IMG/VR virus record: IMGVR_UViG_3300020045_000249
Location: 1 to 37,741 of that record
DNA: 37,741 nucleotides
From: a virus
Taxonomy: Duplodnaviria > Caudoviricetes
Strand: one strand, 5' to 3'
Both the position numbers and the translations under genes were made by a program. Positions 1 to 6,828 of this stretch are shown one piece after another. Position 1 is the first letter of the stretch. The number at the start of each line of letters is the position of its first letter. Below the pieces are notes generated by a model. It was not told the DNA's origin and ran no database searches. It saw only the letters and a program-made list of their open reading frames with translations.

Positions 1-80
1 GGGAAATAGCGTCCACCTGCAAATAGTAATTGTTCATTACTGATTGAGTATTTAGCTGCGTACGCTTGTACGTAGTCAGG
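1..80 (-). other. Inverted fragment, probably from the interior of the primase gene (chimeric/inversion junction near 77-80)
   Basis: Reverse complement of 1-80 reads open as PDYVQAYAAKYSISNEQLLFAGGRYF. The + strand primase frame is closed by TGA at 45-47 and lacks the W-L-D expected before RDK. Confidence 0.5.
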
Positions 81-209
81 GACAAGTGGAAAGAAGGTAG
101 GGAGATTTGTGAGAAGGCTCAATGGTTGGGTCTATCAGCAACTGCCCTACTCAGTGACGAAGACCCAAAGTGCTACTCTGTTGACCAAATTAAGGAATAT
201 CTGAAATGA
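78..209 (+). CDS. DNA primase (TOPRIM), C-terminal fragment
   Basis: Reads RDKWKEGREICEKAQWLGLSATALLSDEDPKCYSVDQIKEYLK*. DK...DPKxY is typical of the end of phage TOPRIM primases. It lies upstream of the helicase and its stop overlaps the next ATG (ATGA). Confidence 0.65.
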   Translation, partial: RDKWKEGREICEKAQWLGLSATALLSDEDPKCYSVDQIKEYLK

Positions 210-406
210 AACTCAATCAATTTATTACCCAGTTGCAGACCCTTCAAGAAAGTGGTCATGGAGATAAACAGGTCTTTTACCGTCACGGGGCAAGTAGTGA
301 CTGCGGCCTGTTGAGGAGTGCCTATGTCACAGATGAGGTGGACGAGTGTGGCCCCTTCGACCTAGAGGATGGAGAGAACTATATTAGTATCTACGCCGGA
401 AACTAA
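206..406 (+). CDS. Hypothetical protein (66 aa)
   Basis: ORF track; AAGGA RBS near 192-196; ATGA overlap with primase stop. Confidence 0.75.
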   Translation: MKLNQFITQLQTLQESGHGDKQVFYRHGASSDCGLLRSAYVTDEVDECGPFDLEDGENYISIYAGN

Positions 407-432
407 AATGATCCACACACGGTTGAACAGAA

Positions 433-597
433 ATGAATGATCTACTGCAACGTCTACGTGAGCGTGTTACCTATGCTAAGGCCATGAAGCACATATACAC
501 GACACAAGTGCTACAAGAGGCTCTAGACACTCTTCTTGAGTACCACAAACAGGAAGAGAACAAAAGATTTTTGGAACGCCGTGAAAAAATCACTTGA
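433..597 (+). CDS. Hypothetical protein (54 aa)
   Basis: Manual translation MNDLLQRLRERVTYAKAMKHIYTTQVLQEALDTLLEYHKQEENKRFLERREKIT*; fills the gap on the coding strand. Confidence 0.6.
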   Translation: MNDLLQRLRERVTYAKAMKHIYTTQVLQEALDTLLEYHKQEENKRFLERREKIT

Positions 598-622
598 CAA
601 ACTTTTCTAGTCGTGGTATACT
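594..622 (+). promoter_or_regulatory. Sigma70-type promoter with extended -10
   Basis: TTGACA (594-599), 17-nt spacer, TG-G-TATACT (617-622). Confidence 0.85.
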
Positions 623-654
623 TAATGCTCCTCAACAAAAAGTAAAGGTTTTTA

Positions 655-1206
655 ATGTTTAAGCATAAAGTAGACTGGACAGTAGAACTCCCCAATCTTG
701 TGGCTATGGGTAGGGAAGGAAAAACAATGGCTGACATTGCTCGCCACTATGGTATTTCTAGGCAACGGGTTAAACAAATTGTTCAACAGTTTGTCCCAGA
801 CTGGAAAAACACTTGTGGTTATTTTGTGAGGAATCAGGAAAGAGACAGGAAGTACCGTGAAAAATGGGGTTTGAAGGAGGACTCCGACCTCTATCGAGCA
901 CAACGTCACAAGTTCTTTGGTAAGAAAGCCAATGCTCTCCGCAAAGGCAAGTACTGGGACCTTTCTTTTGACTCTGTTGATTGGCCCACCCACTGCCCGG
1001 CTCTTGGTATTGAGTTGGACTATTTTCCAGAAGGGGTACAAGAGAACAGTGTGTCTTTTGACTGTACGGACCCATCTAAGGGGTACATAAACGGAAACGT
1101 ACAAGTCCTCTCATGGAGGGCCAACCGGATTAAAAACGACTCTTCTCCAGACGAACTACGTAAAATTGCGGACTACCTTGACAAGCTGTATGCTGAGAAA
1201 GCTTGA
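655..1206 (+). CDS. HTH-domain plus HNH-like endonuclease
   Basis: N-terminal sigma70 region-4-like HTH (GKTMADIARHYGISRQRVKQI). C-terminal CPALGIEL...SFDCTDPSKGYINGNVQVLSWRANRIK resembles the phage SLDRIDPxKGYxxGNV...RANxxK nuclease family. Confidence 0.7.
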   Translation: MFKHKVDWTVELPNLVAMGREGKTMADIARHYGISRQRVKQIVQQFVPDWKNTCGYFVRNQERDRKYREKWGLKEDSDLYRAQRHKFFGKKANALRKGKYWDLSFDSVDWPTHCPALGIELDYFPEGVQENSVSFDCTDPSKGYINGNVQVLSWRANRIKNDSSPDELRKIADYLDKLYAEKA

Positions 1207-1232
1207 CTTGTCAAGAGGTTCTGGGTTACAAT
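1203..1232 (+). promoter_or_regulatory. Sigma70-type promoter upstream of helicase
   Basis: TTGACT (1203-1208), 18-nt spacer, TACAAT (1227-1232). The palindrome CTTGAC-TT-GTCAAG (1202-1215) overlaps the -35. Confidence 0.6.
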
Positions 1233-1323
1233 ATTAGTAAGAGAGAAAGCTTTTTACGTTTCACATAAAAACTTTCCAGTCCCCTCCCCCGGTAAGGTAT
1301 AGTAGTATATAAGGAGTGTATGT

Positions 1324-2565
1324 ATTAACTATGAGCTTTCAATTATCAAAAGTATGCTTAAGCATGAAACATGGCTTAGATACTCTGATAAACTAAAACC
1401 AAAGGACTTACCAAAAGAGATACAACCACTGTATTCTCTTTTGGATAACTTCCATCAATCCCATGCTGTCGATCTAACGGTTGCTGATTTAGCTAACCTT
1501 GCTCTTGCACAGCAGCAGAGCGATCCTGATTATTACAAAGGAGTGCTGTCAAACCTAGACAGCCTGTCCGTCTCGGACACAACAACGGATGTGCTACTGA
1601 GGTCATTCTACGACCGAAAACTCCTCAAAGAACTTTCACTAGGGGCTTACGAAGTAAGTGAAGGTAAGGCTGATATGGCCTCCTTGCTACCCCTCATGCA
1701 ACAGCTACAAGAAGGTAAGACTTCTGAAGCTGCAACAACAGACATTGAATTTGTAACAGATGACTTAGAGCAACTACTCAATGAAACATTCCGACAACCC
1801 GGACTTAGATGGCGTCTTAACACACTCAATCAGATGCTTGGTAGCCTTAGAGCAGGAGATTTTGGGTTTATCTTTGCCCGTCCAGAGACAGGTAAGACAA
1901 CTTTCCTTGCTTCGGAAACGACGTACATGGCTCAACAGTTGTCTGACCAACAAGGACCCATCCTATGGTTCAACAATGAAGAGCAGCACAATAAGGTCCG
2001 TATCCGATGCTTCCAAGCAACCCTAGGAGCTACCCTTGCGCAAATTAACAGCAACCCATCTGCGGCGAAAAATGCATTTCTTGCTGCGACCAAGGGTAAG
2101 CACCAAATCGTCAACACTTCTGGGCACATCACAAAAACCCTTGTTGAACAAGTCATTCAGAAATACAAGCCTTCTCTTGTCATTTATGACCAGATTGACA
2201 AAATCCATGGCTTTAAAGCAGACCGAGAGGACCTCATCATGGGTGCAATCTACCAATGGGCCCGTGATTTGGCGAAGGTCTATCAACATGCCGCGATTGG
2301 GGTTTGTCAAGCTGATGGTTCAGGAGAAGGTCAGCGATGGCTCACCATGGCGAATGTTGCAAACGCAAAAACGGCCAAGCAAGCGGAAGCTGACTGGATA
2401 CTTGGCATCGGAAAGACGAATGAGGCCGGTTACGAAATGGTACGCTTTCTCCATGCAAGTAAAAACAAACTCTCCGGTGATACGGACACCGATGCGTCTA
2501 TGCGCCATGGGCGTAGTGAAGTGTTGATTAACCCTAGCGTGGCACGGTATGAAGACATCAACTGA
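1324..2565 (+). CDS. DnaB/SF4 replicative helicase (start may be ATT at 1324; first ATG at 1354)
   Basis: Walker A ARPETGKT, Walker B-like VIYDQID, CQA and KQAEADWILGIG motifs. AAGGAG at 1311-1316 lies 7 nt before an in-frame ATT. Confidence 0.9.
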   Translation: MNYELSIIKSMLKHETWLRYSDKLKPKDLPKEIQPLYSLLDNFHQSHAVDLTVADLANLALAQQQSDPDYYKGVLSNLDSLSVSDTTTDVLLRSFYDRKLLKELSLGAYEVSEGKADMASLLPLMQQLQEGKTSEAATTDIEFVTDDLEQLLNETFRQPGLRWRLNTLNQMLGSLRAGDFGFIFARPETGKTTFLASETTYMAQQLSDQQGPILWFNNEEQHNKVRIRCFQATLGATLAQINSNPSAAKNAFLAATKGKHQIVNTSGHITKTLVEQVIQKYKPSLVIYDQIDKIHGFKADREDLIMGAIYQWARDLAKVYQHAAIGVCQADGSGEGQRWLTMANVANAKTAKQAEADWILGIGKTNEAGYEMVRFLHASKNKLSGDTDTDASMRHGRSEVLINPSVARYEDIN

Positions 2566-2734
2566 GTACACAGGCTTTTATGAGCACACTACCCTGTTCC
2601 CCACAGAGATGTCTGATCGAGAGCTTCTAGAGGCTTTCCGTAGCTTCTTGGAGCAAGGGAACTATGTTGTGCGTAAAAAGGAGGCTACTGGCTTTGAAAC
2701 AGGAACCACCTTCACATTAGAGAAACTTGAATGA
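2549..2734 (+). CDS. Hypothetical protein (61 aa)
   Basis: ORF track; overlaps neighbours in a tightly packed operon. Confidence 0.65.
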   Translation: MKTSTEYTGFYEHTTLFPTEMSDRELLEAFRSFLEQGNYVVRKKEATGFETGTTFTLEKLE

Positions 2735-2922
2735 AACTAAAAAACCGCAGTAATTTGTTCCTAGTTGTGCGTGAAGAGGCTGAGACTGAGATTCCCATTG
2801 CAGGATTTCTAACTCCCGAGAGTGCTGATGAGTATGCTGGTAGTTGTCAGCAGGACTTTGAAGATCGTGGTATTGATGGCTTTGTGTTCAAGGTTGTTCC
2901 ATTGATTTACTATGACCACTGA
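2731..2922 (+). CDS. Hypothetical protein (63 aa)
   Basis: ORF track; ATGA overlap with the upstream ORF. Confidence 0.7.
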   Translation: MKLKNRSNLFLVVREEAETEIPIAGFLTPESADEYAGSCQQDFEDRGIDGFVFKVVPLIYYDH

Positions 2923-3064
2923 AACCATTGCACAGCAACTACGTAGAGTGGTTGCAGAAATTAGGCGTAAGCCCTATCCCATTAGTGACCTAATCCCGTT
3001 GTTGGATAGGGCTGCTACTGAATTGGAGCAAGCTTACGCCGTTGTGAAAGATACACATGCTTAA
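2912..3064 (+). CDS. Hypothetical protein (50 aa)
   Basis: Manual translation MTTETIAQQLRRVVAEIRRKPYPISDLIPLLDRAATELEQAYAVVKDTHA*. Confidence 0.6.
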   Translation: MTTETIAQQLRRVVAEIRRKPYPISDLIPLLDRAATELEQAYAVVKDTHA

Positions 3065-3215
3065 AACACTTGACGATGAGTTTGCTAGGTATCTAGCTAG
3101 TTATCTACAGCAGAACAGTGACGACTTTGCTTCTGTGTCTAGATACGAGCGTATTGATATTGACGTCGATAAGTTGTACGAACTTATTAAACAATTTCGA
3201 CAGGAGTTGCCATGA
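3057..3215 (+). CDS. Hypothetical protein (52 aa)
   Basis: Manual translation MLKTLDDEFARYLASYLQQNSDDFASVSRYERIDIDVDKLYELIKQFRQELP*; ends just before the polymerase ATG. Confidence 0.6.
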   Translation: MLKTLDDEFARYLASYLQQNSDDFASVSRYERIDIDVDKLYELIKQFRQELP

Positions 3216-3216
3216 A

Positions 3217-4338
3217 ATGACTGTTCTTGCGTTAGACACAGAATGTACCACATGGAACAAAGGACATCCGTTTGATACCAGAAACTTCATGGTTTGCTGG
3301 TCATGGGCATCTGTACAAGGTGCGGAAACTGTCCGATGGCCGAGTGGTGAGTTGTTGCAGCAAAAGATTGACCAAGCATCCTTGTATGCTCTATTCAATG
3401 CTAAGTTCGATCTACAGTGGTTTGTGAAAGAGGGTATTACATACGACCCAACCAAAGTGTGGGATTGTCAGCTAGCACACTTCATCATGACCAACCAGAC
3501 TCATCGCTTCCCTAGTCTCAATGAGGTAGCAGAGTTTTGGGGATTACCAATGAAGCCTGACGCAGTGAAGACAGAGTATTGGGACAAGGGGATCAACACA
3601 GATGCAATACCCTGGGACATTCTCAGTGAGTATGCAACACATGATGCACAAGTAACTTACCAAATCTACCTAAAGCAAAAGCAAGCCCTCACAGGGGCCA
3701 AGCTAATGCTGTTTAGATTGCAATGTCAGGACCTCTCTATTTTGAGGGAGATGGAGGCTAATGGTATCCCTTTTGATGAGGAACTTTGCCAAGTAAGAGC
3801 GAAGGAGATGGATGACAAAATATCAACGATCAAAACAAAACTCAGTTCAATTTATCCCAGTATTCCTATTAACTTTGGCAGCAACGATCATCTGTCTGCC
3901 TTTCTTTATGGTGGGGTGGTTAAAGAGGATGGGAAAGAGTTTGTTGGCTATTACAAATCAGGACAAAAGTCAGGACAGCCAAAGTACAAAAATGTGGTGA
4001 TTGAGCACACCTTGCCACGACTCTACACACCCCTTAAGGGTAGTGAGATGGCTAAGGAAGGTAACTATGCTGTCGATGAATCCACCATGCGTAAGTTGAA
4101 AGGTAAGAAGGGTGTCATCGACTTGCTGTTGGAGCTATCCAAACTAGAGAAACTAAATGGAACATACTACAAAGGACTTATCAAACTGCGTGAGGAAATG
4201 GGTTGGGATGTCGGCATCTTGCACGGCAATTTCAACCAAACAACAGCATCTACAGGACGACTCAGTTCCTCAAAACCCAACCTCCAGAACTTCAGCAGTG
4301 ATCTTTTGGATGTGTTCTATTCTCAATACAAAGACTAA
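3217..4338 (+). CDS. Family A DNA polymerase, N-terminal part (3'-5' exonuclease plus thumb)
   Basis: ExoI LALDTE, ExoII FNAKFDL, ExoIII EYATHDA; ends just after TGRLSSSKPNLQN. AGGAG RBS at 3202-3206 and ATG at 3217. Confidence 0.9.
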   Translation: MTVLALDTECTTWNKGHPFDTRNFMVCWSWASVQGAETVRWPSGELLQQKIDQASLYALFNAKFDLQWFVKEGITYDPTKVWDCQLAHFIMTNQTHRFPSLNEVAEFWGLPMKPDAVKTEYWDKGINTDAIPWDILSEYATHDAQVTYQIYLKQKQALTGAKLMLFRLQCQDLSILREMEANGIPFDEELCQVRAKEMDDKISTIKTKLSSIYPSIPINFGSNDHLSAFLYGGVVKEDGKEFVGYYKSGQKSGQPKYKNVVIEHTLPRLYTPLKGSEMAKEGNYAVDESTMRKLKGKKGVIDLLLELSKLEKLNGTYYKGLIKLREEMGWDVGILHGNFNQTTASTGRLSSSKPNLQNFSSDLLDVFYSQYKD

Positions 4339-4532
4339 TGCAGAATAACCCTAAGCAGCTAGACCTCTTTCACTTTGATGACCTATGTGCTGACCTTGCT
4401 TGTGAAATTGAGCGAGGAGGAGCACGTAACTTTGCCATGGAGTTTGAGCAGCGTTACCCACAACACTACCATGAACTGAAAGTTCAAATGACACGAGAGC
4501 ATAAACAAGTTCCTGTGCTGCTTAAGCCATGA
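4338..4532 (+). CDS. Hypothetical protein with QLDLF clamp-binding-like motif (64 aa)
   Basis: TAATG coupling to the polymerase N-part; begins MQNNPKQLDLF. Confidence 0.75.
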   Translation: MQNNPKQLDLFHFDDLCADLACEIERGGARNFAMEFEQRYPQHYHELKVQMTREHKQVPVLLKP

Positions 4533-4741
4533 AAGAAACTGTCTGGGTATTGACTGAGGAGTACAACGAGTATAACCAGAATGGTGAATATTTTCTCCAT
4601 GCTTGGCGCAGTAAGCCTACTGCAACACAACTTTCCAAACACGTCTACTACAACAATAAAGGTTTGAACCATGTCCTCAATGGAGGTGGTCGTGAGAAAT
4701 GGGAAGATCATTGGTATCATCTTAAAGAAGTGGAATGTTAA
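4529..4741 (+). CDS. Hypothetical protein (70 aa)
   Basis: ORF track; ATGA coupling. Confidence 0.7.
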   Translation: MKETVWVLTEEYNEYNQNGEYFLHAWRSKPTATQLSKHVYYNNKGLNHVLNGGGREKWEDHWYHLKEVEC

Positions 4742-4977
4742 CCATGACAGAATTTAAACGTGAAGAACGTTACATCGTTCTAAAGATTAAGGACCTAGAA
4801 GCCCTACCACAACAGGCTTTCCCAGTTGTACAAGAAGTTATCACTTCCATTGAGCCATTTCTACCAAAACGGCGATATGTGGTAGTAGAAGACGACTGGC
4901 CTGAGTATGAGTTGGTGTGGGGAATGATTGAACGACGTGTTGGAAAGGAGGGCGGAGCTAATGCTGATTCAGTGTGA
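4735..4977 (+). CDS. Hypothetical phage protein (about 77-80 aa)
   Basis: ORF track; FKREERYIVLKIKDL...YVVVEDDWPEYELVWGMIERRV resembles a small protein seen in proteobacterial phages. Confidence 0.75.
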   Translation: MLTMTEFKREERYIVLKIKDLEALPQQAFPVVQEVITSIEPFLPKRRYVVVEDDWPEYELVWGMIERRVGKEGGANADSV

Positions 4978-5676
4978 TGCTTCGCAGCTTTAGAGTGGCG
5001 TACCGCCCTAGAGCTGAGTAAGGACTGGACAGGGATTAATGAGATTATTGGAGGAGAGGACACACATGCTAAAAATCAAGAAGCTTTTGGACTACCTTCA
5101 CGACTCATTGCAAAGATTTTCCTGTTTAGAACAATTTTTCGTGGTTCCGGTTGGAGCTTTGCTAACGATCCTGATTTTATGCACGTTAGCTCTAGTGCTC
5201 CCTTTTGGGACGACATGAATGAGAGGTTCTACAAGAAGTATGCTGCTCTAGACAAGACCCACTCTGTCTGGAAAGACCTAGTAATGGCCGGCAGGCCTAT
5301 TGTGGGTCCTCTAGGACGAGAGTGGACTATCAACATTCACCGAGACTTCCGTGGAGAACTTAAAATCCCATGGACAACCCTCTCAAACTACCCAGTTCAA
5401 GGCACTGGGGCTGACGTGATGATGCTAGCTCGTCTGTCTGCCCACAAACGTATTTGCGCCGCAGGTATTGACGCAAGGTTGATTTCCACGGTCCATGATT
5501 CAATTGTGTGGGACACTCACGAGAAGCATCTACAAGACATTGCTACCATATGCGATGGGGTCTTTGCTGACCTACCAAAGAACATCAAACGCTTGTTCGG
5601 GTATCAGTGGGACACTCCTATGGCATGTGAGTCCAAGTATGGACCCAATATGAAAGAAATGTCCAAAATGAGTTGA
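4961..5676 (+). CDS. Family A DNA polymerase, C-terminal palm/fingers part, with a frame disruption at 4988-4993
   Basis: ATG 4961 (GGAG RBS upstream) gives MLIQCDASQL then TAG. Motif A continues as EWRTALELS from 4993 in the frame of ORF 5179..5676, which has motif B RLIAKIFLFRTIF, NYPVQGTGAD and motif C TVHDS. Confidence 0.85.
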
Positions 5677-5702
5677 CAACCACCACTTGAGTGTGGTATA
5701 AT
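5673..5702 (+). promoter_or_regulatory. Sigma70-type promoter with extended -10
   Basis: TTGACA (5673-5678), 18-nt spacer, TG-G-TATAAT (5697-5702). Confidence 0.85.
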
Positions 5703-5708
5703 TATAGT

Positions 5709-6173
5709 ATGAAGCCCACACAAAATCTCAAAGAACGTCTCATAAAACACACAACAAAGGACCCCACTACTGGCTGTTGGAACTGGATTCGATACAAAAC
5801 ACCAGAGGGATATGGGGTCATTAAAGTTGCTGGTAAGGTCGAACTAGCCCATAGAGTCTCTTACTCAGTTTTTAAAGGTCCTATAGATTTACCCTGTGTT
5901 TGCCACACCTGTGACAATCCCTCTTGTGTAAACCCAGACCACCTGTTTAGCGGAACGAATCTAGATAATGTCCAGGATAAGGTATCTAAAGGACGTCAAG
6001 GAAAAACTGGACAGGGGAAAGGGGTGAAACACTCTTTGGCAAAGCTCACAGAGCAAGATGTCCTCTTCATTCGTGCAAGTCCCCTTAAACAAAGAGAGTT
6101 AGCATCTATCTATAAAACAACACAGTCAAACATTAGTTTGATTAAACATAAACGTAATTGGAGCCATATTTAA
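5709..6173 (+). CDS. HNH homing endonuclease (HNH_3 type with C-terminal HTH)
   Basis: TGCWNW...GYG...AHRVSY...VCHTCDNPSCVNPDHL...DN motif and C-terminal AKLTEQDV...IR HTH. ATG 5709 lies just after the -10 box. Confidence 0.9.
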   Translation: MKPTQNLKERLIKHTTKDPTTGCWNWIRYKTPEGYGVIKVAGKVELAHRVSYSVFKGPIDLPCVCHTCDNPSCVNPDHLFSGTNLDNVQDKVSKGRQGKTGQGKGVKHSLAKLTEQDVLFIRASPLKQRELASIYKTTQSNISLIKHKRNWSHI

Positions 6174-6739
6174 TGCTTATTCAAGTCGTCAACACTACCG
6201 TAGAAACTAAGCCTACCCAAAAAGGGAGCTATCAGCAGCTAGAGCTAGTTTATAAAAATCTGACCTATCAGGGGAAAATTGAGAGTAAGAAGATTATGTC
6301 CTTTGGTGCAGGTGCTAGTGCCTTCACCATTCTGTCCAAAGCCGGTGCTGGCAGTACATGGGAAATCACTGTTGTGAAGAATGCTCAAGGCTACAACGAC
6401 TGGACCTCTGTGGCAGCTTCTGATGGTGCTCAGGCTGCCACCCCTGCCCCCAGCGCCATTAACTCACCCAAGGCCGCTGTAGGGGCCACACGATCCACTT
6501 ATGAAACTCCCGAAGAGCGAGCGCAGCGGCAAATCCTCATTGTCCGTCAATCTTGTCTTAGCGTTGCTTGCAACACTCTTGGTGTTGGTGCTAAGGCAGT
6601 TAAACCTGATGACGTAATTGCCTTGGCAAAGAGGTACTCAGATTATGTCTTCGATGTGAAAGGTACCTCCGACCAACGGGAGACTGGTCCCTCTGGTTTC
6701 GATGACATCCCTGACTTTGACGTTCCTACGGTAGACTAA
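6173..6739 (+). CDS. Probable single-stranded DNA-binding protein
   Basis: Beta-rich N-terminal domain, Ala/Pro linker and acidic aromatic tail GFDDIPDFDVPTVD. Located between polymerase and exonuclease. GGAG RBS and TAATG coupling at 6173. Confidence 0.6.
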   Translation: MLIQVVNTTVETKPTQKGSYQQLELVYKNLTYQGKIESKKIMSFGAGASAFTILSKAGAGSTWEITVVKNAQGYNDWTSVAASDGAQAATPAPSAINSPKAAVGATRSTYETPEERAQRQILIVRQSCLSVACNTLGVGAKAVKPDDVIALAKRYSDYVFDVKGTSDQRETGPSGFDDIPDFDVPTVD

Positions 6740-6828
6740 TGGACTTTGCTTACGGTGTCCTGACAGGTATCGGTATCTCAAGTATTCTTGTAGGTCTTGT
6801 GTTGTATAAACTACTTAGGATCACGTAA
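6739..6828 (+). CDS. Small single-pass membrane protein (29 aa)
   Basis: MDFAYGVLTGIGISSILVGLVLYKLLRIT*; TAATG coupling at both ends. Confidence 0.65.
   Translation: MDFAYGVLTGIGISSILVGLVLYKLLRIT

Noticed and set aside
3118-3216. ORF-track N-terminal extension of polymerase part 1
   Set aside because: It overlaps the 52-aa gene at 3057-3215; the RBS and ExoI position favour ATG 3217.
4339-4960. Group I intron or intein between the polymerase halves
   Set aside because: The space is fully tiled by small ORFs, part 2 has its own RBS and ATG, and I recognised no intron core or intein terminal motifs.
4991-4993. TAG reassignment (alternative genetic code) as the cause of the polymerase break
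   Set aside because: Reading through TAG stays in the wrong frame and meets another TAG and then TGA within a few codons. No other gene has in-frame TAG interruptions.
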